A DNA stretch of 64,000 bases from Mobula hypostoma. Taxonomy: Eukaryota. Shown piece after piece: positions 40,821 through 53,368 of this stretch. Location: contig NC_086097.1 in assembly GCF_963921235.1 (NCBI RefSeq), positions 39,682,001 to 39,746,000 on the forward strand. The letters are read 5' to 3'. The notes beneath the pieces are model-generated. The model did not search any database and was not told the DNA's origin. It saw only the letters and a list, made by a program, of their open reading frames with translations. A program made the position numbers and the translations under genes. Each line of letters opens with the position of its first letter. Position 1 is the first letter of the stretch.

Positions 40821-41296
40821 ACACAAGATGCATTGTGATTGGTGCAAATTTTTCTGGGCATTAAAGTAAAAAAAATGTGTGTGGGTTATTGCTTACCTTC
40901 ACCGGGTAGTGGGGAAAATATGACTTGTTTAGTATTAAAAGCAGTTGTAAGTTAGTCTGCAGATACCTTAATACCAATATAGTAATGGCCAACCCCACTC
41001 GAGTATTCTCTCTATTGCAATTACTTCTTGAGTTCAAAAACACACCCTCCGCTGGTGAGTGAGTCTGTGGAAACAAGGAACAGAAGGTAATTTAAATTGG
41101 TGTTTTACATCAGACTTCATGGTAGTGACACTGCAAATATTCAAAAATAAACAAATGTGTTGATTTCAGATAAAAAAGGAAGAACTTGTGGGAATCCCAA
41201 TCATAAGGGACAAAGTTTCGAGAAAGTAGAGAGAATAAAGGTAGTCAAGTTGCCAGGCCTGACAGCTTGAGTCCAAAGGTTGTAAAATAAGTGGCT

Positions 41297-41487
41297 ACCC
41301 ACATAAAAGTTGCTGGTGAACGCAGCAGGCCAGGCAGCATCTCTAGGAAGAGGTGCAGTCAACGTTTCAGGCCGAGACGTCGACTGCACCTCTTCCTAGA
41401 GATGCTGCCTGGCCTGCTGCGTTCACCAGCAACTTTTATGTGTGTTGCTTGAATTTCCAGCATCTGCAGAATTCCTGTTTGCGTTTG
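41297..41487. mobile_element. Mini fold-back PLE-derived element
   Basis: 69-bp arms at 41300-41368 and 41374-41442 with 2 mismatches. 13-bp TSD AAAATAAGTGGCT at 41284 and 41488. Confidence 0.92.
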
Positions 41488-42162
41488 AAAATAAGTGGCT
41501 GTAGAGATGGTCAGTCATTGATTGCAGTTTTTCTCACCAAGTTCCAAGAAGTTACCAGCAGAATGGTAAACTGCAAATGCAATGCATTTGTTCAAAAAGG
41601 AAGAGAGACAAAATGTGGAGAAGTATAGGCTAGTTACCTTAAGATCTTCTATGGCAAGATATTGCCACTTTGTAATCAAGGCAGAAATAGCTAGTCATTT
41701 AGAAAAGATTCATCCAATCAAGTCAAATCAATATTGTTTATGAAGGGGAAATCATATTTAACATGTTTTCTGGATAATAACAGGCAGTGTTCACAGAGGA
41801 AACCTGAAAATATGGTGATATTGGATTTCTGGAAGGCATTCCATAAGGTACCAATTAGATGGCTAGTATGCTAGGCAAGAGTTCACGGTTTTGGGTGAAG
41901 TGTGTAGACATGTTTTGAAGACTTGTTATCACATGATAGGCAGGGAGTCTGAATAAGCTGGTCTCTTTCACACTGGAAAAATATAACTAGGAGTGCCCCA
42001 AGGTTGCTGCTTGACTCTCAATTATTCACTATCTATTTGGAGGAGTGGAAAAGTGTAAAGCACACAGCCTTGCTGATGTCATAAAAATAGTGGAAATGCT
42101 GCAGTGTGGGTATGTGGACACAGCTGTAAGTTGGTTGTGTGAGTGGGCAAAGATTTGGTGAA

Positions 42163-43369
42163 CAGACACAAAGTGCTGGAGCAACTCAGTAGGCCAGGCA
42201 GCATCTATGGAAAGAGTAAAAGAGTCGATGTTTTGGGCCAAGGCCCTTCATTAGGACTAGTTTACTGTTCACTCTTTTCCATAGATGACCTGCTGTGTCC
42301 CTCCAGCATTTTGTGTGTGTTACTTTGGATTGCCAACATCTTCCAGTAAGGTGGCAGTGCATGCAAATGTAGCGGCCTCTTGGGGACTCAACAAAGGTGC
42401 ATTTTCCTTTGTAAAGGTTATTTTTTATGATCCAAGGACAATTTTATTCCAAGAACTTTGGGTACTGCAGGGCTACTCAATCAGTGAGCTGTTTGTGAAC
42501 TGGACTGATGTCAACACTGGAGCTGGCCGAGGTGTCAAAAGGGCCGGCCTTGATGTTGGAGAAGGAGCTGGCCGGGTTATCGGGAAAGAAGATGGTCGGG
42601 ATACTGGAGGAGCCTGCTGGGATGTCCTGCTGTAGGGTCTCGGCCCAAAATGTCGACTGTACTCTTTTCCATAGATGTTGCCTGTCCTGCTAACTTCCTC
42701 CAGCGTTGCTGCTGGAGTGTTGGAGGAGCCAGTTTGGGTTCAGAGGCGCTGACCTGGCTGCAGACTGTATTGCTGCCGGCTACTTGGAAGCATTACAGTT
42801 GGTGCAGTATAACCTTGGGAGATCGTCTCGGACATTTCACTTGTGATCACAAGACTCTGTTGGACAGTGATAATGTAAGTTGCCGCAGGCCTGTTACCCT
42901 TGTCTGGTGGTGGGATAGAGGACATGGAAGCGGTTATAGTGAGGACTAGGCCCCAAGCCTTGGGTTTACCTACTGCTATATATCGGGTGAGGGACGCGGA
43001 AGTGCTACAGCATGGTGCCCACACTTGGCTGGGTGCCTAGCCTCTCCCATCAGTGCTGCCCTCCTGTGTTTCAGCAGTGGAATGACAGGCATCTGCACAC
43101 TGCTGGGAGACTGTGCTATCGATTTTGCCGAACATTGTCACTCAGAATCTTGGACTTTATGTCTTCTTTTTGAATAAATACGTTTTTTCACTTGCTATTT
43201 TGAATTATCTTACTATTTTGAATGTTACTCGCTATTTTGAAATTTGCTTGCTACTTTAAATGTTTGCGCCTTGGCCCCAGAGCAATGCTGTCTCGTTCAG
43301 CTGTATCTCTGTATGGTTTGAATGATAATTAAACTTGTTTTGATTTGATCTGCAGATTTTCGTGTTAAT
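42163..43369. mobile_element. Mini fold-back PLE-derived element, interrupted by a ~1 kb insertion
   Basis: 11-bp TSD GATTTGGTGAA at 42152 and 43370. The arms span 42163-42341 and the tail resumes at 43348. Confidence 0.8.
42342..43347 (+). mobile_element. Non-coding retroelement with an L2/Rex-like tail; contains a small PLE copy at ~42620-42705
   Basis: Starts CCAGTAAGGTGGC, ends AATTAAACTTGTTTTGATTTG, and has ATCT on both sides. Confidence 0.55.
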
Positions 43370-44269
43370 GATTTGGTGAATACAGTTTAATGTAAGAAAG
43401 TATGAGGTCATGAACATTGATTGGAAGAATCAAAAGACAGACAATTATCCAAATGCAGAGGGACTGAAATGAGTGAAGACATACAGATCTAAGTGTGATA
43501 CCAAAAAAAATATATCATGTGCAGGTGAGGCAAGATATTCTGAAGACAAATTGCATGGTGGTTTTTTTTTAACTGGAGCATGAGCACTTAGAGAAGAAAT
43601 GTTCCATTTATACATGGTGGTGCTGAAGTTGCACCTGGAATCATGTGAAAACCTTTGTTCCCCATATTTAAGCTAGAGTACACTGGACTTGAAGGCGATT
43701 CTGAAGAGATTCATTATGGTTATTTCTGCTGTGTGTTGCCCCATCATGAATGGCTCTACAAGTTAGAACCGTAATCTATGGAGTTTAGAAGTATAAGGTC
43801 TGATCTTATTCAAACCCAGAAGAAAGTAGATGGATGTTGAAATCAATCCACTTGTGAGAGAACCCTGAATGAGGGGCCATAGTGAAAAGATACCCGGTCA
43901 CTGGAAACTGAATAGTGTTGGAATCTCCTCACAGACGATGGTTAAAATCTAGAATTCTCTAACCTGGAGTACTGTGGAAGCTGGGTATTTAAAGGGACAG
44001 ATAATTTTTTGAAGGGTTGGAGAACTCTACACAAAAGAAAAGATAAGGCCTGGGACAGATCAGTCATCAACATACTGAGTGGCAGGGTAGGTCTCAGAGG
44101 CTAGGTGGCTCATTCCTGCTCTGATTTTCTTGTGAGCTGTTGATAGGATGATTTCCTAAATCACTACAGACTTCAGAAATGTTTCCAGCTCTGCTGAAGA
44201 ACATCATAGCAGATAAGAGGTAGGAAAGGCTTATAATGGAAATTCCAGAAGTAGATGATGGCATTGCTG

Positions 44270-44625
44270 CCATTGGGTGAGGTGGTAGTGTGGGAGACAG
44301 TTGTGTTACCTTGTGCCACTGGCACCCCATGTTTGGTCTTGGCTTTGGTGTGCGGTTTGCACATTCTCCCTGTGGCTGTATGGATTGCTCCCGGTGTTCT
44401 CTGAATTTCTCCAATTTCCAGGGATGTACTGGTTAGTGATTTGGTTGACTATTGTGAAGTGTTTCTGGTGTGGACAGTTGTGGAAGAATCAAAGGGAGTT
44501 TGTGGGTAACTATGAAAGAATAGACTATGGGGGGAGGTGTGGTCCATCGGGTTTGCTTGGGGGTGAGGTGGGGAGGTGGGCTTGACATGAACTTGCTGGG
44601 TTGAATGGGCTCATTCTGTATCCTG
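44270..44625 (+). mobile_element. Old V-SINE-like element
   Basis: Core GTTTGCACATTCTCCCTGTGGCTGTATGGATTGCTCCCGGTG resembles the vertebrate V-SINE central domain. Confidence 0.6.
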
Positions 44626-44689
44626 AGGAAACATTGGAAATAATCAGCCCCAATTCTACTTAACTGAACAATTTATTTACTGTAATAGT

Positions 44690-45400
44690 AACACACACAA
44701 AATGCTGGAGGAACTCAACAGGTCAGGCAGCATCTATGGAAATGAATCAAGAGTTGATGTTTTGGCTGAGATCCTCCATCAGGACTGGAAAGGAAGGGGG
44801 AAGATGCCAGAATAAGAAAGTGGATGGAGGGAAGGAGGACAGGCTATGAGGTGATAGGTGAAGTTAGGTGGGTAGGGAAGGAGTTGAAGTAAGAAGCTAG
44901 GAGGTGGTAATTGGAAAAGGCAAAGGTCAAGGGCTGGAGAAGAAGGAATCTGACAAGAGAGGAGAGTGGACCATAGGAGAAAGGGAAGGAGGAGGGGCAC
45001 TGTGGGAAGGTAATAGGCAGGTGAGGAGAAGAGGTAAGAGGCCAGAGTGCAGAATAGAAGAAGAGAGAATGTGGAGCAGAAAAAAAAATAACCAGAAGGA
45101 GAAAATGATGTTAATGCCATCAGGTTGGTGGCTACCTAGATGGAATATGAAGTGTTGTTCCTCCAACCTGAAAGTAGCTTCATCAAGTCAGAAGTGGAAA
45201 CCATAGACCAACATATTGGATCAGGAATGGGGATAGGAATTAAAATGGTTGACCACTGGGAAATTCCACTTTTTGCAGATGGAGCGAAGGTGCTTGACAC
45301 AGCAATCCTCAAATTTGCATTTGGTCTCACCAGTGTAGAGGAGCCACATTGGGAACACTGGATACAGTAGACAACTCCAACAAATTTGCAGGTGAAGTGA
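44690..45400 (-). mobile_element. Penelope-like 3' fragment
   Basis: ORF 44927-45166 starts MEEQHFIFHLGSHQPDGINI, and the terminal repeat lies at 44690-44785. Confidence 0.88.
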
Positions 45401-45801
45401 TCTTTAATAGTATTGCATATATTTCAAGAGATGCTACTTCATTTTATTATATTTTTCAATGTAGGTTACTAGTACTTGAGTTATCTAATTTCTTTGTAGT
45501 GTAACAATGCAATCTCTGTACCTTTTGCTGCAAGACCTGCTTGTTTGAGATCAGTGTTTAGAAAACTATTATTCAGTGTAATTTAGCGCCTCTTTCTTGG
45601 CCACATTTGTCCTAAGGCTTTATAATATTTTGCCTTCCCTTCATCTGTAGGTGGCACTGGACAAGTAATACTTAATACTTCCCTCGTGGGAAATGAGTAA
45701 AATGTGATATGTAGATCTGAAAACAGTTTTGGATCAGTCAGAGTGTGGTTGACATTTCTTCCTGTAATGAACACTCATTTCCCAGCTCTCTTCAATACTT
45801 A

Positions 45802-46100
45802 CGAGGGGTGATTGATAAGTTCATGGCTTAAGGTAGAAGGCGTCAATTTTAGAAAATCTAGCACATTTATTTTTCAACATAGTCTCCTCCTACATTTACA
45901 CAAATAGTCCAATGGTCGTGGAGCATACGGATCCCTTCTTTGTAGAAATCAGCGTCTTGGACCTCCAGAAAGTGGTCCACAGCAGGGGTGATTGATAAGT
46001 TAAGTTCGTGGCCTAAGGTAGAAGGAGATGAGTTATTAACTTCAAACTTTCTGTATAACACTCAAAGAGTTGAACTGGACGTGCATGTAACGAGAGCTGT
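45802..46100. mobile_element. Rearranged mariner element fragment
   Basis: TA followed by CGAGGGGTGATTGATAAGT. Minus-strand transposase C-terminus FYKEGIRMLHDHW..CVNVGGDYVEK. A second TIR-like copy lies at about 45984. Confidence 0.8.
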
Positions 46101-46539
46101 CTGAGATGTGGAAGGGTTGGATGGACAGTAGTTATTTCGATGGACCCTAGATTATGGTCTCTGGGGACTTTGCTATTCCCTGCATGGGGGATGGCGGGAG
46201 ACTGGAACAAGTGCGGGTAGGGAAGAGGGGAGGGTTGATTGATGCATTCGCTGCTGCTTGTGTGTGTAAGGGAGGAGGCAGGCTTTGACGTCCTAACATT
46301 TTTCTGTCATTTGTTCTTTGGGGTTTTCCTTCTGTTTCACAGATGTCTGTGAAAAGAAAGGATTTCAGATCGTATACTGTATACATTCTCTAAATTGCAC
46401 CATTGAACCATTGACATTCTTAATGATCAATAAATCAATTGTTTGGAATCAAATGACCTTACCTGGTGTCTAAGGCCACTTTCAAGGAACCATGTATTTT
46501 ACTTCTTGATCCTTATTCTGTTATGTATCTCAATAAATA

Positions 46540-47610
46540 AATATTATCTTATCCAGGTCTCCTGCAAATTCTTCTTTCACTTCCCATGCTGTTGGATATA
46601 CCTGATCAGGCCTGGAAATTTATGCGTCTTCATACATTTTAAGACATTCAACACCTCCTCTGCTGTAATGTGAACTATCCTCAAGACATCCTCATTAACT
46701 ATCTCAAATTCTGAAGTCCTTATGCCTTTCTCCATGGTAAAATAACAGGGGAAATATATTCTTGTATACCTTGCTTATCTTCTATAGCTGCTCGGAAGGT
46801 TGTTCACTTTGGTCTTTTAGGGGCCCTATTTTGTCTTTAATTACCCCTTTTCCATTAATGTACTTAAAAAATCTCTTTGGATTTTCCTCAATCTTCTCTG
46901 CCAAAGCTATCTCTGCCACCCTCCCCCCACCCCCCTCCATTGGGCTTCTGATTTCCTTTCTAAGTATCCTCCTGCATTCCCCTCTTCTCCAGAGATTGAC
47001 TTGATCCCACCTGTACCTGCACCATGCCTCCTTCTTTTTCCTGACCAGAGCCTCAATATCCCTCATCATCCACAGTTCCCTAACCCTGCCAGCATTTCCC
47101 TTCACTTTAACAAGAATATCCAGACCTTGAACTCTTGCTATTTCACTTCTAAAATCCTCCCATTTGCCAGGTATCTCTTTGCCAGCAAACAGCCCACTCC
47201 AATCAACTTTTGCAAATTTCTGTTCAATACTGTATTTATACTGAACTTTGAAATTTGCCTTGTCCAAATTTAGATCTTTAAGTTGTGGTCTCTTTCCATA
47301 ACTAATTTAGAATCATGGACACAGGTTCTAAAGTACACCCCCCCCCCACAACTGATAGCTCAGTTGCTTGTCCCACCATTTTTTTCAAGAGTAAGTCAAG
47401 TTTTGCCTTTGTTCTAGTAGGGCCTTTTATATATTCCCTGAGGAAACTTCTCTGAGCATACTTAAATTCTACCCTTAGTACTCTGGCAGACCTAGTCTAT
47501 ATTAGGAAAGCTAAAATCCCCTACTATGTCAAGCAAATTTCCACAGATTTCTGCAATCTCCCTGAATATCTGTGCCTCTAATTTCTGTTGACTATTAGGG
47601 GGCCTAGATG
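46540..47610 (-). mobile_element. Old CR1 ORF2 fragment
   Basis: ORF 46782-47267 (LAEKIEENPKRFFKYINGK..IGPLKD). Confidence 0.85.
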
Positions 47611-48046
47611 TTTAAAACGTAGAATTGCTTTAGAAACCAATACGTTTGCAATGCAGAATTTGTGGATATTCATAATATCAAAGATACCATGTATATATTG
47701 GGGAAATGACTTTGCAAGGTTGCTATTAGAGATTTACATCTTGCTTTTTCATTTGTGCTCATGAAGTGTTTAAGGTCGAGATTTTTGTCTTTACTGTGCC
47801 TTATTATACAGCAGAATGCCTTTGGGTGCTTTAGACCCAATCAATTATTTTTGAGAGTAGGCAACTTTGTTGCGTGTTGAACAGAGTGGTGAACAGATCA
47901 CTTCGGTACACAGCCAGGACCTACAGATCAGATGAATGACTGTACTGTAGATTTATTTGCACTGACAACAAATGTTGCCAAACTAATCTTAAAGCCACTT
48001 TATCTGTTGCTGCTTGTGAAATCTACTTTAACTTGTAACATAACTA

Positions 48047-48634
48047 CAGGGGTCCCCTGCTTTCCGAACGTTCTCTTTACGACATTTCGCTTTTACGAAT
48101 GACCTACATTAGTACCTGTTTTTGTTAACCGAAAGAGGATTTTCGCTTTCACGAAAAAAGACGCTCGCTTTAAACTTGAGTTTACCCCGAGAAAGACTAC
48201 CATGACCATGAAGCCTTGCGTGGGCAGGTGTGTGCGCATGCGTAGCGTGCGAATACGTGTATGTGTGCATGTGTGACGTGTGTGTACGTGTGAATGTATG
48301 ACGTGCACATGTGTGTACGTGCCGATTTTTTTCAACAAATCGATTTTGGCTCAAACTTCCCGATTCTGTTAAGTGAAACTACACTGTACATACATTATTT
48401 CTACCTTATATAGGCTGTGTATTTATCGTATGATTCCTGCTTTTGCTATATGTTAATGTTATTTTAGGTTTTATGTGCTATTTGGTATGATTTGGTAGGT
48501 TATTTTTTGGGTCTGGGAACGCTCAAAAATTTTTCCCATATGAATTAATAGTAATTGCTTCCTCGCTTTATGCCATTTCAGCTTACGAACGGTTTCATAG
48601 GAATGCTCTACATTCGGATAGCGGGGGAAACCTG
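48047..48634. mobile_element. Tigger-like MITE
   Basis: Imperfect TIRs CAGGGGTCCCCTGCTTTCCGAA / TTCGGATAGCGGGGGAAACCTG, with TA on both sides. Confidence 0.82.
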
Positions 48635-48735
48635 TATTCTTGATACTCTGTGCAGTTTATTCCACATTCTTCTTGTGTGCAACCTTTCACAAAATATTTT
48701 CTTCAGTGTTGACATACCTATCCAGTGAATAAGAT

Positions 48736-48915
48736 TTTGCAAACATGAGAAATTCTGCTTATGCTGGATCCAAGGCAACACAAACAAAATGCTGGAGGAA
48801 CTCAGCGGGCCAGTCAGCCTCTATGGAAAAGAGTAAACAGTTGATTCCTGTTTACTCTTTTCTATAGGTGCTGTTCGGCCTGCTGAGTTTCTCCAGCATT
48901 TTGTGTGCGTTGCTC
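48736..48915. mobile_element. Mini fold-back PLE-derived element (older subfamily)
   Basis: Arms of about 66 bp meet at CAG-TTGATTC-CTG near 48845. 10-bp TSD TGAATAAGAT at 48726 and 48916. Confidence 0.87.
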
Positions 48916-48995
48916 TGAATAAGATGTCCTTTTTTTTAGGTAGGTTTTAAAGTTTGCTGAATTAAAAAAAAACTTTTAAGCAGTTCCAATAAATG

Positions 48996-49187
48996 CAATC
49001 ACCGGCTGATGGTGTAATGGCACCGGACTTCGAGGCAAGTGGTCCCAAGTTCGAATCCGGCTGGCTCCTTGCATGTTTTCCATCCATGCTGGGTTGAGCA
49101 TCGAGCTGGCAGCTCGGCCTCATAAAAAACAGGTAAATGCTAGAGAAGGTTGCTGCCCGATACTCCAGAAGGCATGGAGAGGAACAA
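48996..49187 (+). mobile_element. tRNA-derived SINE
   Basis: A box TGGTGTAATGG, B box GTTCGAATCC, a (CAA)-type tail, and TSD CAATAAATG at 48987 and 49188. Confidence 0.8.
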
Positions 49188-49956
49188 CAATAAATGTAGC
49201 TACAGGCCCAAGACTAAATATCCTGCAATGATGTGCTTGGCTACACAATACCTTTGTAAACTCTACATGGCACAAGCCAGTAGTGTGATGGAAAACTCTT
49301 CAATTACCTGATATTGCCTGTTCAAATGCTGAACAAACAATCCTACTTGATTGCCACTTGCTCTTTCATTATGAGTAATATCTTCTGCCATCACTTAGCT
49401 TGGAAGGAAAGTGAAACAAATGTGTATCATTTGTCTTTAAAGGTGCCAGGTTGGTGCTGGGAACCAGGCTGGATAGGCCCTCTCTATGGTGGCACTTATA
49501 AACCTTTCCATCCCCAGTTACAACTGCCTGTCACAATCTTAGGTCAAGAATGATGGATAATGAGTCTTGGATCAAGATGAGGCAGTGATCCCTGTGTAGA
49601 CTGATTTGGTGAGAACTCTAAAAAAGAAACTATACAGTATATTACACCTTTGCATTTGAGTTAGGGTTACATATCATTGACAACAACCTCCACACTTCCA
49701 CCTTTCACTGTGGATCTGCAGACACCAAGAAGTGGTGTCAATTTTACTCCATCGCAACAGAGAGGGCCGACAACCTTGGCATTATTACTACATCAAACTC
49801 CAGACCAATTTCGTCAGAGGGGAGGGAACGTCGATTCAGACCATGAGAGATCTGCGACAGGCATTTTCATTTCATCAGAAGTCAAAATTTTAAATGTGAA
49901 TTCGGATGAAGAATCAGTCCTAGATGTTAGCCAGTTGTCTTTGGTCAAAATGAAGC

Positions 49957-51242
49957 AGGAAAATAGAAACATGGAAACATAGAAACCCTACAGCACAATG
50001 CAGGCCCTTCGGCCAACAAAGCTGTGCCGAACATGTACTCACCTTAGAAATTACCTAGGGTTACCCATAGCCCTCTATTTTCCTAAGCTCCATGTACCTA
50101 TCCAGGAGTCTCTTAAAAGACCCTATTGTTTCCGCCTCCATCACTGCCACTGGCAGCCCATTCCACACACTCACCACTCTCTGCATAAAAAACTTACCAC
50201 TGACATCTCCTCTGTACCTACTTCCAAGCACCTTAAAACTGTGCCCTCTCCTGCTAGCCATTTCAGCCCTGGGGAAAAGCCTCTGACTATCCACACGATC
50301 AATGCCTCCCATTATCTTGTACACCTCTATCAGGTCACCTCTCATCCTCCATCGCTCCAAGGAGAAAGGGCCAAGTTCACTCAACCTCTTCTCATAAGGC
50401 ATGCTCCCTAATCCAGGCATCATCCTTGTAAATCTCCTCTGCACCCTTTCTATGGCTTCCACATTTATCCTGTAGTGAGGCGACCAGAACTGAGCACAGT
50501 ACTCCCAAGTGGGGTCTGACCAGAGTCCTATATAGCTGCAACATTACCTCTTGGCTCTTAAACTGAATCCCACAGCTGATGAAGGCCAATGCACCGTATG
50601 CCTTCTTAATCACAGAGTCAACCTGCGCAGCAGCTTTGAGTGTCCTATGGACTTGGACCCCAAGATCCCTCTGATCCACCACACTGCCAGGAGTCTTACC
50701 ATTAATACTAAATTCTGCCATCATATTTGACCTACTAAAATGAAACACCTCACACTTATCTGGGTTGAACTCCATCTGCCACTTCTCAGCTCAGTTTTGC
50801 ATCCTACTGATGTCCCACTGTAACCTCTGACAGCCCTCCACACTATCCACAACACCCCCAACCTTTGTGTCATCAGCAAATTTACCAACCCATCCCTCCA
50901 CTTCCTCATCCAGGTCACTTATAAAAATCACGAATAGTAGGGCGTCCCAGAACAGATCCCTGAGGCAAACCACTGGTGACCGACCTCTATGCAGGATATG
51001 ACCTGTCTATACTAACTCTTTGCCTTCTGTGGGCAAGCCAGTTCTGGATCCACAAAGCAAGATCCCCTTGGATCCCAATCCTCCTTACTTTCTCAATAAG
51101 CCTTGCATGGGATACCTTATCAAATGCCTTGCTGAAATCCATATACACTACCTCTACTGCTCCACCTTCATCACTGCGTTTAGTCACATCATCTACTGCT
51201 CTACCTTCATCAATGTGTTTAGTCACATTGATGAAGGTAGAG
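49957..51242 (-). mobile_element. Young CR1 3' portion
   Basis: Collinear RT ORFs from 50061 to 51313. AAAATGAAGC at 49947 and 51243 is a candidate TSD. Confidence 0.93.
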
Positions 51243-52659
51243 AAAATGAAGCTTAGGGTTAGAAATTGTTTACATTTAAATATAGACAAGTACATGGTAA
51301 GTATTTTTGTCATTCCTGAATTATTTTAATGACCATGTTAGCAAATGCTCCCAATGAAACATCAGGAAAACCCATAAAGAATTTAGCCTGCTTTATTACT
51401 GACAATAATTACTGGAATGCACTGCATTTTGATGCTGTCAAAAGGGTTTACATTCTCTACAGAAAGTAAGAGATTGTATACTCCAATCAATAACAATTAA
51501 CAGGAAGCACAAGAAAAGCATTAAGCTTAGGGAGCTGAATGTTCTGCCCTCTGACATAAAGCTTGCGAGCTATCAATCAGAGGCTAACAATCTATTACAT
51601 TCATTGACCTTAAATGTCACTCTGTTCATTTGCCTGTGGATGTTAACTGCCTTACTAGTACATGTATGTGCTCCACTTACTATACAATAACAAATACACC
51701 ACTGACTGTGAATGAAAGGAAAATAGAGTTTTCAAAGTAACAAAATCAGGAAATATGACTTGCCTGTAAACAAAACCTCAAGATTCTAAACAAAGTAATG
51801 CCTCTAAGGCAGAATTCGTCATAGCACCACACCCATTCCAAATTTTAGTCCTAAATACTTTCAAAGCAATAAATGTTTACTCTCATAAATTTTTGAGAAG
51901 CATTAATTACTGCATTCACAGCCGGGAACCTAACCTCAAAGTCAGTTGAATAAAATATCCAAGAAATGCCAGAAAATACTTCTGAGGAAATAAAGGACCA
52001 AAGACTTGATCAAGCAACCTAAACCTCTTAAGGTAAACTAGCGAGTTAGTCACTGATGCTTTATTCTAGGTTGATGGTTAAACTTCTAGACATCAGATAT
52101 AATATTTCCTTCATGTTTGCAATGGGAAGGGCTTTGCTTCCTTGCCTGTGTTTGTTGATTAGTTTGAGTACAGTTGTGGAGGGTCTATTACGAGATTGAG
52201 TTTAGGCATCAGGAAGACAGCTGGGCAGAGGAATCCTCCTTAGGGGGACTGGGAGGATAGTACGTAGATTGCTAATGCACAAAATCAGGGTTAAAATTCC
52301 ACTTTTACTGAGGTGCTTTTGTTTCATCACTGAGGCACAGCTCTTCAGCCGCGAAGCCTTGTAGTTTTGCATAGTTGGCGCTGTTAATGGCTTTCTGGGC
52401 CAGATGGGCATGAACAGAAGGAACACGTATAGACGCAGAGGGAGCCCACTTCATCCTCTGTTGCTTTGTTAGATTTTTTAAACTGTTGTTCAGTTATCAC
52501 AACCTTCTTCACACTTTTTCTGTGGCCCTTTTCACTTATTTCTCTTCAACCATCAATTCAAATGCCTTTTGACAATTATTGTTGAATATTTATCTACAAC
52601 CATTCCCAAATGACAGTGACATGTTCTTATCCCGGGTGTTCATTGACCCTTGAATCAGT

Positions 52660-53012
52660 GTCTCATCTCAGCCAGCTCCATCATGGGCACAAGCCTCCCC
52701 ATCATCGAGGACATCTTCAAAATGTGGTGTCTCAAGAAAGTGGGATCCGTCACTGAGGACCCTCACCATCCAGGACATGCCATCTTCTCATTACAACCAT
52801 TGGAGCCTGAAGACCCACTTCACAAACAGCTTCTTCCCCTCTCCTATCAGATTTCTGTATAGTCCATGAACTCTACCTTACTATCCCTCTATTGCACTAT
52901 TTATGTTTTTTTTTGTTTATTTGTTCATTTGTAACTATAGTAACTTTAATGTCTTGCACTAGACTGCAGCCACAAACTGTACGTCAGTGATAATAAACCT
53001 GATTCTGATTCT
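52660..53012 (+). mobile_element. Rex1/Babar 3' fragment
   Basis: Homologous to 370-612 (ISASSIMGTSLPIIEDIF..DPHHPGHAIF), ending in an AATAAACCTGATTCTGATTCTGA tail. Confidence 0.78.
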
Positions 53013-53244
53013 GAACCCCTCTGTTACAGGAAACATTGAACGTATTGCTTTTGGCCCCATGTGGAAATCCTAAACGTCGCTGCCTGGGACTTTTCTTGCT
53101 GCCAGCTGATGCTGATGTTAGCATCTGCACTGTGCAAACTTCTCTCAGTGCCAGTCAGCGATCCTTCTCTGCCCAGAACGATCAAACCCAGTAGATTTAA
53201 AATGACATTGGTAAGTGAAAATCTGCTGGATTTCTGGTGAAAAA

Positions 53245-53368
53245 TCATGATAAAGGGTCTTGACCCCAAACGTTGACTGTTCATTCATTTCCATAGAAGC
53301 TGCCTGACAGCATTTTGTGTGTATATGTGTTGCTTTGGAGCTTCAGCTTCATCAGAATCTCTTGTATC
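53245..53368 (+). mobile_element. Decayed short PLE terminal copy
   Basis: AGGGTCTTGACCCCAAACGTTGACTG..CAGCATTTTGTGTGT. Confidence 0.7.

Larger units (their letters stand above)
41170..44110 (+). mobile_element. Very old CR1 ORF2 remnant hosting younger insertions
   Basis: Residual WIFWKAFHKVP-like, ADVIK and LHLES-like motifs between the insertions. Confidence 0.5.

Noticed and set aside
49000..49070. tRNA gene
   Set aside because: A and B boxes are present, but there is no convincing cloverleaf, and a SINE body, tail and TSD follow.
51400..52460. Unique sequence that might hold conserved non-coding elements
   Set aside because: Conservation cannot be judged from a single sequence.
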